A DNA stretch of 25,502 nt from the IMG/VR virus record IMGVR_UViG_3300033067_001793, positions 1-25,502 of that record; one strand, given 5' to 3'. Positions within the stretch are counted from its first letter, which is position 1. The number at the start of each line of letters is the position of its first letter. Made by a program: the position numbers and the translations under genes. The DNA comes from a virus. Taxonomy: Duplodnaviria > Caudoviricetes. Under the pieces are notes generated by a model. It was given only the letters and a program-made list of their open reading frames with translations, did not search any database and had not been told where the DNA came from. Of this stretch, positions 8,888 to 16,544 are shown one piece after another.

Positions 8888-9321
8888 AAAAGAAAGAAAT
8901 AAATAAATGTATAACATACTATTATAAACAATATGGAAAAGATAGAACTTTTAAAATTGGAGATTGGTTTTGTACTTTTTCTGAACTAACTAACAGTGAT
9001 ATTTCTTTTTTACCAGTAGACTTAAATCATAAAGTTTCAACAATTAAAAAGCTTAATCTATTAACAACTAATAGTGAAGTTTTATCAACCAGATTTCATA
9101 ATATTAACTTAGGTTCTATATTTTTTACTCATTATACTCCATTAATTGTTAATAGCAGAAGTGTTTCAATAGAAGGATTAGATGGTAGAACTTTTAGAGG
9201 AATTAGAAAAGGATTATATCATGACTTGTTATTGAACTATCAAAGATTAATGTTTCAAAAAGATTTAGATAAAGTGTTAGATAAGAAAGAAGTTATAGAA
9301 AAAAAGAGAGGTAAAATATGA
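8884..9321 (+). CDS. Hypothetical protein with shared C-terminal KI tail
   Basis: ATGA coupling; ends QKDLDKVLDKKEVIEKKRGKI. Confidence 0.8.
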   Translation: MKKKEINKCITYYYKQYGKDRTFKIGDWFCTFSELTNSDISFLPVDLNHKVSTIKKLNLLTTNSEVLSTRFHNINLGSIFFTHYTPLIVNSRSVSIEGLDGRTFRGIRKGLYHDLLLNYQRLMFQKDLDKVLDKKEVIEKKRGKI

Positions 9322-9716
9322 TTACAAACACATTTTCAGAAAGAGATACTAAGTTAAGATTTCTATTTAGAGAGTTAGATAGAAGAATAAAAGATAAGTA
9401 TGATTTCGTATTAAAAATAGATATGGAAATAATGGAAGAGTTATTTAATAATCAAACAGTTCTACAGTTTAAGTTGGTGTTAAAACATAAACATGAAAGA
9501 TTATATCTTAACCAAACAATAAGTAATATGGCTCATTTAATGCGTTCTTTTGATAATAGTTTTGAATGGATGTTTCAGGATATAGAAAATAAACTTTTTG
9601 AGTATTTAGATAAAGAAAAGAAGCCATATGAAATACAAAATCAATATGAAATATTACAAGAATTATTGCCAGAAAAAAAAGAAGTAAAAGAAAAACCAAA
9701 GAAACTTAAAATATAA
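9318..9716 (+). CDS. Hypothetical protein with shared C-terminal KI tail
   Basis: ATGA coupling; ends YEILQELLPEKKEVKEKPKKLKI. Confidence 0.8.
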   Translation: MITNTFSERDTKLRFLFRELDRRIKDKYDFVLKIDMEIMEELFNNQTVLQFKLVLKHKHERLYLNQTISNMAHLMRSFDNSFEWMFQDIENKLFEYLDKEKKPYEIQNQYEILQELLPEKKEVKEKPKKLKI

Positions 9717-9718
9717 TA

Positions 9719-9746
9719 TTGACATTGTATTTTGTTTTGATATATT
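9719..9746 (+). promoter_or_regulatory. sigma70-type promoter
   Basis: TTGACA-16bp-TATATT with TG extension. Confidence 0.75.
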
Positions 9747-9782
9747 AAATATATAACATCAATTTTAAAGAGGAGGTATGTT

Positions 9783-10199
9783 ATGAATAAAGTAGATTAT
9801 CTACAAGAAGTAGAATTAAAATTAGAAGAATTAAAGCAAGTTGATTTTCTTGATTTGATATATAGTGAAGTGTATAGTTTATATACAAAAAATATAAAAC
9901 CACCAACAGAAGAAACAAGAGAAATATCATTTAATGATTTAAGTAATTTTGTAAAAAATGTAAGTTATGAATATAAAGATTTACATAGATATGCTGCTAA
10001 ACTTATGGAAAGAGTGGAAGCACAACCAAGTAAAGAATTGAGACTTGAAAAATCTATATTAAAGATGACTGAATATTTTTATAGACAAGATGATATTAAC
10101 CTAGCAGAGATAACAGCGATGCAGAAATATCAACAAATGTTTGCTGAAAACAATCCATTACAAAGTATTTTTGATATTAAAAACAAGAATAACCAATAA
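9783..10199 (+). CDS. Hypothetical protein
   Basis: GAGGAGG RBS. Confidence 0.8.
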   Translation: MNKVDYLQEVELKLEELKQVDFLDLIYSEVYSLYTKNIKPPTEETREISFNDLSNFVKNVSYEYKDLHRYAAKLMERVEAQPSKELRLEKSILKMTEYFYRQDDINLAEITAMQKYQQMFAENNPLQSIFDIKNKNNQ

Positions 10200-10208
10200 G
10201 GAGAATAT

Positions 10209-10301
10209 ATGAAATCAATATTAGAGTTTTTATTCTATCTATTTGAACCATATAATCCAGATTTATTTGAAGATGATGTTTTAATAGATGAAGATAACTA
10301 A
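10209..10301 (+). CDS. 30-aa acidic peptide (MKSILEFLFYLFEPYNPDLFEDDVLIDEDN); not in ORF track
   Basis: AAGGAG RBS; followed by a terminator. Confidence 0.55.
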   Translation: MKSILEFLFYLFEPYNPDLFEDDVLIDEDN

Positions 10302-10308
10302 AAAAATT

Positions 10309-10346
10309 AAGGGGAAGGTTGACTTCCTCTTTTTTATTGCTATATT
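10309..10346 (+). promoter_or_regulatory. Terminator hairpin overlapping a promoter
   Basis: AAGGGGAAG/CTTCCTCTT stem plus T-tract; TTGACT (10319)-16bp-TATATT. Confidence 0.7.
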
Positions 10347-10367
10347 AAATAGTAATGGAGGTATAAC

Positions 10368-10580
10368 ATGACTGAATATATGAGAAAAAAACTAGAAAAA
10401 CTTAAATGGAGATACCAGCTACACGATGATATGGGTTGTCTTCGTGAGTTTAGAGATAAAGATAGTGCTATTCAGTGGCAAAACTCTAGGAAAGACTTAA
10501 AGTTAGTTATAGTAAAGCCAAAGAAAATAAATCCATTTGAAATTACAGATAATTTTAATCCATTTGATATTCCATTTTAA
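10368..10580 (+). CDS. Hypothetical protein
   Basis: GGAGG RBS. Confidence 0.75.
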   Translation: MTEYMRKKLEKLKWRYQLHDDMGCLREFRDKDSAIQWQNSRKDLKLVIVKPKKINPFEITDNFNPFDIPF

Positions 10581-10721
10581 TTATTTTTTATATTCAATTT
10601 TCTAATTACCATTTATCTAAGATAATTGGTATTTTTTTTGATTTTTATTTTTATTTTGTTTTAATTAATTAGGGTTAATAAAAAAACCTTAGTCATTTTA
10701 ATTAAAGAAAGGGAAAGTAAA

Positions 10722-11123
10722 ATGAAAAATGAATTAATAAAATTAGAACAGTTATTTTACAAAATGGAGGACTATATAAATGAATCTGGATTTAATGCTG
10801 ATGGATATATATATGATTATAGATTATATAGGTATTCAAATAAATGTTATATAAGAAACATAAAGTATCCAAATATAAAAATGGAAATTACTGAAAAAAG
10901 ATATAAGGAAATTAATAATTTAGAATTAATTATATATAAATTATTAAAAAATATTAATGATTATTATGATAGTTGTTTAGATGATGATTTTAATATATCT
11001 TTACAGATTAATGAATTAAAAAAAGAAAATAAAAAATACATAATTGAAGAAGAAAAAGAAAGATTAGATTTTATATTAGAAAATAAAGATGGTGATTTAA
11101 AAGAAAAATTAATTAAAGTATAA
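10722..11123 (+). CDS. Hypothetical protein with shared C-terminal tail (KV); paralog of 12465-13025
   Basis: Ends EKERLDFILENKDGDLKEKLIKV; shares EIT..Y..I.NL....L...I.DYYD..F.I..QIN.L with 12465-13025. Confidence 0.75.
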   Translation: MKNELIKLEQLFYKMEDYINESGFNADGYIYDYRLYRYSNKCYIRNIKYPNIKMEITEKRYKEINNLELIIYKLLKNINDYYDSCLDDDFNISLQINELKKENKKYIIEEEKERLDFILENKDGDLKEKLIKV

Positions 11124-11140
11124 ATATTTTTAAAAAAGTA

Positions 11141-11168
11141 TTGACATTAAATAATTTTTTACTATATT
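11141..11168 (+). promoter_or_regulatory. sigma70-type promoter
   Basis: TTGACA-16bp-TATATT. Confidence 0.75.
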
Positions 11169-11237
11169 AAAAATAAGGGAGCAAAAAACTCCCTTACAAA
11201 AACAAAAAACATTTTAATTAAAGAAAGGGAAAATAAA

Positions 11238-11627
11238 ATGGACTTATATGAATTAGTAAATGAAACAAGAGAATTATCAGTAGACAAATTAGTTGAAGAT
11301 ATAAAAGGTATGGGTTTTCAATCAAAAGAAGAATTGGAGCAATACCTGGAAGAAAATGATAGTTTTAATGATTATGTTTGGGAAAGTGCTAGTATTGTTA
11401 TGGACAGGAGAAGATACAGCGAATTATTTAATTGTTATGTAGAAAACTCTGACGATATTGATGATAGTTATACAACTTATATAAAACATTATGGTGTTGA
11501 AGTAATAAGAAACTCAATAGAAGATAGTATACAAGCAGGTATTTTATATTATCTATACAGTCAAGTATATAACAATAAAGAAGATGTATTTTTTGAGTTA
11601 GTAAATGAATATTTTAATTATGAATAA
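11238..11627 (+). CDS. Acidic Ocr-like (DNA mimic / anti-restriction) candidate
   Basis: About 30 D/E vs 10 K/R; segments resemble T7 gp0.3 by eye. Confidence 0.5.
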   Translation: MDLYELVNETRELSVDKLVEDIKGMGFQSKEELEQYLEENDSFNDYVWESASIVMDRRRYSELFNCYVENSDDIDDSYTTYIKHYGVEVIRNSIEDSIQAGILYYLYSQVYNNKEDVFFELVNEYFNYE

Positions 11628-11638
11628 AGGAGATAAAA

Positions 11639-11965
11639 ATGAAATATGATTATAAAGATTTTATAGATTACAGATATAATTTAGATGACTTTATGAGTTT
11701 TCTAGTTGACAATATCATATATAATAAAACAGATGAAATAAATGATTTTGATTTATTCTTAAAAGATATTAAATATTCTTATTTACTGAATAAGGAATAT
11801 ATAGAAAATGAGAGTTTTGATTTTAATAGTTTTTATTATGAATTATCAAAGAAAGATTATGTTTATATAGATTTTTTGTTGTATAGAAACAACAACTTAA
11901 ATTGTGGTATAAATAATGATTTAGTTGAAGATTTAAGGGATTTTTTCAATATATATGTTAAATAA
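11639..11965 (+). CDS. Hypothetical acidic, aromatic-rich protein
   Basis: AAGGAG RBS; D/Y/F-rich. Confidence 0.75.
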   Translation: MKYDYKDFIDYRYNLDDFMSFLVDNIIYNKTDEINDFDLFLKDIKYSYLLNKEYIENESFDFNSFYYELSKKDYVYIDFLLYRNNNLNCGINNDLVEDLRDFFNIYVK

Positions 11966-11982
11966 TCAATAAAAGGGTTAAA

Positions 11983-12219
11983 ATGGCAAGAAAAACAAAT
12001 AAAATAGCCGTTAGAAGTACATACTTGTATAATAACGGCACTATTAAAGAAGATAATAGATTATTATCTGAAGAGTCTTATAAAGATTGGTTAAAATACG
12101 ATGTTTATTGGCATATTGATGATGAAAATAGTAAATATCTTAAAAATAGTGGATTAGTTTTTGTTAATTTTACAGAGTTTAATAAAAATGATATTAAAAT
12201 ATATGAAAAAACTTTTTAA
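11983..12219 (+). CDS. Hypothetical protein
   Basis: ORF in operon, AGGG RBS. Confidence 0.7.
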   Translation: MARKTNKIAVRSTYLYNNGTIKEDNRLLSEESYKDWLKYDVYWHIDDENSKYLKNSGLVFVNFTEFNKNDIKIYEKTF

Positions 12220-12225
12220 TAACTA

Positions 12226-12253
12226 TTGACTTTAATTTTTAATTTACTATATT
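12226..12253 (+). promoter_or_regulatory. sigma70-type promoter
   Basis: TTGACT-16bp-TATATT. Confidence 0.75.
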
Positions 12254-12286
12254 AAATATATAACAACAATAAAAAAGGAGAATGTT

Positions 12287-12463
12287 ATGAATAATAAAAA
12301 ATATATAGAAGAGTATATAAAATTAAGAGAATTGTTAGCACTCAAAAATAAATATAGTGTAAATGGTTCTAGTGATATATATAGTGAAAAGTTCAATGAA
12401 GTAATGGACTTAGATATAAAAAAACAAAAACAAGTTTTAGATAGTTTAATCAAGGGAGAATAA
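12287..12463 (+). CDS. Hypothetical protein, 58 aa (MNNKKYIEEY...LIKGE); not in ORF track
   Basis: AAGGAG RBS, own promoter. Confidence 0.7.
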   Translation: MNNKKYIEEYIKLRELLALKNKYSVNGSSDIYSEKFNEVMDLDIKKQKQVLDSLIKGE

Positions 12464-12464
12464 T

Positions 12465-13025
12465 ATGAATAAAGATAATTTGTCAATGGTTGAAAAGGTT
12501 GGTGTATTAGTTAGTAATGTAGGAAAGTTTTTTGACTTAATGCCTAATGGTGGTGGAAGTCTTAATGATTTTACAATAGTTGGTGGAAGTAAATTATATT
12601 TAGAAGATAAAGCAGTTTTCTATACTCATGATGAACTAAAACACTTATTGAATGGAAATCAATATATAACAGAAAGCGAACTAGAAAATATTTATAGAAT
12701 AAAGCCTTGTTATTTTATAAGAGATGATGTTTTATTTGAAAATGAAGAACCAGAACATACAAGAGAGATAACAAAGGAGCAATATGATGATATTGTTAAT
12801 TTAATACATAAAACACTTGATTTAGTTGCTGAAATAAGTGATTATTATGATGATATTGAAGAATTATATTTGCATTTTGGTTTTGATATAGAAGAACAAA
12901 TAAATCAATTATATGAAGAGAGCGACAAGTATAGAAGAGAATATAATAACTATTTATTAAAAGAGAAATTAGATAGAGAATTAGTAGAAAAAATAAACAA
13001 TCAAAAAAAGTTAAATAAAATATAA
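12465..13025 (+). CDS. Hypothetical protein with shared C-terminal KI tail
   Basis: GGGAG RBS; ends LLKEKLDRELVEKINNQKKLNKI. Confidence 0.8.
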   Translation: MNKDNLSMVEKVGVLVSNVGKFFDLMPNGGGSLNDFTIVGGSKLYLEDKAVFYTHDELKHLLNGNQYITESELENIYRIKPCYFIRDDVLFENEEPEHTREITKEQYDDIVNLIHKTLDLVAEISDYYDDIEELYLHFGFDIEEQINQLYEESDKYRREYNNYLLKEKLDRELVEKINNQKKLNKI

Positions 13026-13032
13026 AATACTA

Positions 13033-13060
13033 TTGACTTTTGATTTTAATATGATAAATT
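13033..13060 (+). promoter_or_regulatory. sigma70-type promoter
   Basis: TTGACT-16bp-TAAATT with TG extension. Confidence 0.6.
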
Positions 13061-13094
13061 ATATATATGAAGTTTACAAAAAAGGAGAATAAAA

Positions 13095-13457
13095 ATGAGT
13101 AAATTACAAGTTAAAGAACAAACAACAGAACACGGACTAGCAACAAAAAGATTTATCAATAAGAATACACTTATAGAAATTGTTAAGGTATTCAAGAAGA
13201 ATGGAAAGAAAAGTTTTTTCAATACATTGTCAGTAGATGGTTATAAGTTAGTTCAAAACATACCAGGAAACTATATGGTTAAAGATGAAAACAAAGATGT
13301 GGTTCTATCTTTTGATAGTAGTGGTATAGTAATGACAACAGATAAAAACAGAGAGCAAATGTTTCTAGACTTTTTAGAGGTATATAAGATTAAACAAGAA
13401 TTAGAAAATACACTAGACAATAAAGAACAAGTGGCAATTAGAAAATTGAAAATATAA
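13095..13457 (+). CDS. Hypothetical protein with shared C-terminal KI tail
   Basis: AAGGAG RBS; ends IKQELENTLDNKEQVAIRKLKI. Confidence 0.8.
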   Translation: MSKLQVKEQTTEHGLATKRFINKNTLIEIVKVFKKNGKKSFFNTLSVDGYKLVQNIPGNYMVKDENKDVVLSFDSSGIVMTTDKNREQMFLDFLEVYKIKQELENTLDNKEQVAIRKLKI

Positions 13458-13537
13458 AACAAAATGGTTGGAGATTATCCATAAAACAAAATCTTCTTCT
13501 TCCTTATAACCAGAGATGAAACTGGAAAAACATAGAT

Positions 13538-13567
13538 AAGAGACTGAAATATGTCTCTTTTTCTTTT
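13538..13567 (+). terminator. Intrinsic terminator
   Basis: AAGAGAC/GTCTCTT stem followed by a T-rich tract. Confidence 0.65.
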
Positions 13568-14040
13568 GGAATGATAACAAATTGATAGAATTGTAGGTGT
13601 TCCATATTATATATTATGGTGTAAAAGTCAATAGATATACATAACAATGATATAAAATTATATTATATGAAATAGTAGTAAAGTAAATAGATATAAAGTG
13701 TGGTTTATTTACAACAATAAATAGCGTAATATTACAATAAATGTTGTATAAATGATACATATTGCCTATTTTTTAAGCAGTGTTGTATTACATCAGACGA
13801 CTAAAAAGCCTATTTTCATTGACTTTACCTAATTGTAAATTAGAAAAATCAAATACTTATCCCACTTTTCCCCCAATTATACAGAACATTCTTCACAATT
13901 TTATCATTGAACCAATTACAATTCTATAACACAGCAATCAATCCATCATTAAATCAATGAAACACTCCAATAAATATTAAAGAAATCATTACAGCCATAT
14001 AACAATGGAATAAATATAGTATATTAGAGCCTGGTTGTAC

Positions 14041-14246
14041 ATTCATTTTTCTAATTGCCATTAACTTATCGTTGATAATTTTTTATCTTATTGCTGATAA
14101 TTTTTTAATAATTAATATATATAGTGTAAATTAGAAAAATGAATAAATATCATATAAATAATAATCAATAAATCAAGTACTTGATTTTTAATTTTAATTT
14201 AATAAGATAGTATTATATCAACAACAACAATAAGGAGAATGATATG
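14041..14246 (+). repeat. Cassette repeat copy A (inverted-repeat module, promoter, RBS)
   Basis: Direct repeat with 15207-15442 and 15779-16035; 16-bp perfect IR 14041-14056/14129-14144; promoter TTGATT (14181)-16bp-TAAGAT. Confidence 0.9.
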
Positions 14247-15215
14247 ACAACAATAATAAATAATATAGAATATGACTTTGATAAAGTATATATAGATAAA
14301 TATGGCTATAAAGATAATCAATCCGATACACCATTAAAAAGTAAGGCATCAGTTATTAAAAGATTAACAGGACAAACAGAACAAACTAATGAATTATATT
14401 ATGGTTGGATTGATAACTTTAGAGACGATAAAGAAATAGCATTATTAGCTATTAAAAATGAGACTTATGGATTATCATTAAAATATTTTAGTCCTAGATT
14501 ACAGAATGATAAAGAAGTAGTTATGGCTCAACTAAATAAAAATGATAGCGAATATGTTCTTATGTATGTTAGTGAAGAATTAAGAGATAATGAAGAAATA
14601 GCAGACTTAGCAATGTCTCAAAACCCAAAACAATACAAGTATTTAAGCGCTAGATTAAAGTGTCAATTAAAGTATTTCAATACTCTTAGAGAAGTTGACG
14701 AAATGTTAGCATTTGATTACGCACCTGGTATTATCATAACTAATAAAATGATTGAAGAATATCTAGAAAAATACGGGAACATATCAATAAACTTATTAGA
14801 TAGTACAATTTTCAACAACTTAAATAATGGTGATAGATTAAAGTATGCTAAACAGTTTTTAATTAATAATATATCTAGAATTGGTGGATATAATTTCAAC
14901 GAACATAAACTATTGAAGTTTATAGACCACAACCTAAGACATGATAAAGAAGTAGTTAAGGCTATTGTATTAGATAACTATAGAGAACTAGAAGATATGA
15001 AGGACGAAGAGATAACACCAGAACTATTACTAGAGATATATGATACAGCAGAAGACGCAGAACAATATTTATATCTATATGTTCCAAAGCAATATAGAAA
15101 AGGTATAGAAGAAAATGGTAGAGTATACTTAGAAAACCTATCATTAAAAAACAAGTTAGATAATATGTTAAAATTGAATGAAGTTGAAACAATAACTAAG
15201 AGATTAAAGATATAA
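14244..15215 (+). CDS. DUF4116-repeat protein with shared C-terminal KI tail
   Basis: Repeats RDDKEIALLAIK..LKYFSPRLQNDKEVV..LMYVSEELRDNEEI..LRHDKEVVKAIV; ends LKNKLDNMLKLNEVETITKRLKI. Confidence 0.8.
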   Translation: MTTIINNIEYDFDKVYIDKYGYKDNQSDTPLKSKASVIKRLTGQTEQTNELYYGWIDNFRDDKEIALLAIKNETYGLSLKYFSPRLQNDKEVVMAQLNKNDSEYVLMYVSEELRDNEEIADLAMSQNPKQYKYLSARLKCQLKYFNTLREVDEMLAFDYAPGIIITNKMIEEYLEKYGNISINLLDSTIFNNLNNGDRLKYAKQFLINNISRIGGYNFNEHKLLKFIDHNLRHDKEVVKAIVLDNYRELEDMKDEEITPELLLEIYDTAEDAEQYLYLYVPKQYRKGIEENGRVYLENLSLKNKLDNMLKLNEVETITKRLKI

Positions 15216-15442
15216 AATAATAGGGGTGTAATTCCCCTATTTTCTAATTGACAATTTAACTTTTTGTTTATAATTTTTTATCTTATTGCTGATAATTTTT
15301 ATTATAATAATTTATTAATAAAGTCAATTAGAAAATTGAAAAATATCATATAAATAATAATCAATAAAACAAGTACTTGATATTTAATTTTTATATGCTA
15401 ATCTATTAGTATAACAACAATAATAATAAGGGGAATGATATG
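15207..15442 (+). repeat. Cassette repeat copy B
   Basis: Terminator, 13-bp IR (15240-15252/15323-15335), promoter TTGATA (15377)-16bp-TAATCT, RBS. Confidence 0.9.
15219..15243 (+). terminator. Intrinsic terminator (identical copy at 15791-15815)
   Basis: AATAGGGG/CCCCTATT stem followed by Ts. Confidence 0.75.
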
Positions 15443-15787
15443 AAAACAATAAAACAATATAAAGATATGATTAAAACATTTACAGAAATAGAAAATAATT
15501 ATGAATATCAAACAGAAATAAATGGTACTATTTTTAGTTTTAAGTTTATGTTTAGTAATGGAGATAATCCAATTATAAGAATAAGACACGAAATAGAAGA
15601 AGATAATAATAGATATTGGATTTTTGATGATGATATTACAGATACATTATTAAATAATAAAAATTATATTGATAACGAAACATATATTATTGATATATTA
15701 AATAAATTAGAAATAATATATAATAAGACACAATTAGATAATTTATTAATTAATAACATAACAGAAAGAAAGGTAAACAAGATATAA
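15440..15787 (+). CDS. Hypothetical protein with shared C-terminal KI tail
   Basis: AAGGGG RBS; ends NKTQLDNLLINNITERKVNKI. Confidence 0.8.
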   Translation: MKTIKQYKDMIKTFTEIENNYEYQTEINGTIFSFKFMFSNGDNPIIRIRHEIEEDNNRYWIFDDDITDTLLNNKNYIDNETYIIDILNKLEIIYNKTQLDNLLINNITERKVNKI

Positions 15788-16035
15788 AATAATAGGGGTG
15801 TAATTCCCCTATTTTCTAATTGACAATTTATCTTATTGCTGATAATTTTTTATCTTATTGCTGATAATTTTTATTATAATTAATATATATAGTGTAAATT
15901 AGAAAAATGAATAAACATCATATAAATAATAATCAATAAAACAAGTACTTGATATTTAATTTTTATATGCTAAGATATTTATATGAGAAACAAAAAACTC
16001 ATAATCATATTAACAATAATAAGGGGAATGATATG
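15779..16035 (+). repeat. Cassette repeat copy C
   Basis: Terminator identical to copy B, tandem TTATCTTATTGCTGATAA x2, promoter TTGATA (15949)-16bp-TAAGAT, RBS. Confidence 0.9.
15791..15815 (+). terminator. Intrinsic terminator
   Basis: Same AATAGGGG/CCCCTATT hairpin. Confidence 0.75.
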
Positions 16036-16461
16036 GAAAAAGAAACAATAAAAAACATAAATAAAAGCAATAAAGACTTTTTTAAAATGATTGAAAAGGA
16101 AATGATACTAAACTTTTCACATGATATATTATCTTTAATATCAATTGAATTGAAAACAATTAAAAAAGTAAAATCAATAGGGGGATTAAAAATTAATTTT
16201 ATTGAAAATAAACTAGAAATATTATATAAAAATAGTGAAACATATAACAGTTTAATTAGCTATATAGTATTAAATAATAATTATCATTCTTATAATTTAA
16301 GAATACTTAAAGATGAGTTATTAGAAAATAAAAATAATAGCATATCTAAAAATGATTTATTAGAAACAATTAAAAAAATTGAAATAGAAAACTTAAAAAA
16401 TGAATTAGATAAAGAATTGTTAATAAATAACACAATAGACAGAAAGGTAAACAAGATATGA
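16033..16461 (+). CDS. Hypothetical protein with shared C-terminal KI tail
   Basis: Start moved to ATG 16033 (same AAGGGGAATGATATG leader as copy B); ends LKNELDKELLINNTIDRKVNKI. Confidence 0.8.
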   Translation: MEKETIKNINKSNKDFFKMIEKEMILNFSHDILSLISIELKTIKKVKSIGGLKINFIENKLEILYKNSETYNSLISYIVLNNNYHSYNLRILKDELLENKNNSISKNDLLETIKKIEIENLKNELDKELLINNTIDRKVNKI

Positions 16462-16526
16462 GAGATATAATAGTAATAAGTTTAATTGGATTAGCATTCG
16501 GAATAATGGCAGCATTAGCAATCTAA
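16458..16526 (+). CDS. 22-aa hydrophobic peptide MRDIIVISLIGLAFGIMAALAI
   Basis: ATGA coupling, AAGG RBS, followed by a terminator. Confidence 0.5.
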   Translation: MRDIIVISLIGLAFGIMAALAI

Positions 16527-16544
16527 TATAAACATAAAAAAGAT

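Noticed and set aside
9508-15589. Minus-strand ORFs 9508-9699, 12247-12486, 13271-13462, 14717-14932, 14962-15192, 15398-15589
   Set aside because: Antisense to plus-strand genes that have promoters and RBSs.
15949-16032. N-terminal extension of ORF 15949-16461
   Set aside because: The TTG start is the -35 box of the repeated promoter; the repeated RBS points to ATG 16033.
14041-16035. Cassette repeats as a CRISPR array or integron attC sites
   Set aside because: Repeats are ~200 bp and separated by whole genes; no paired RYYYAAC/GTTRRRY cores seen; no cas or integron integrase in the window.
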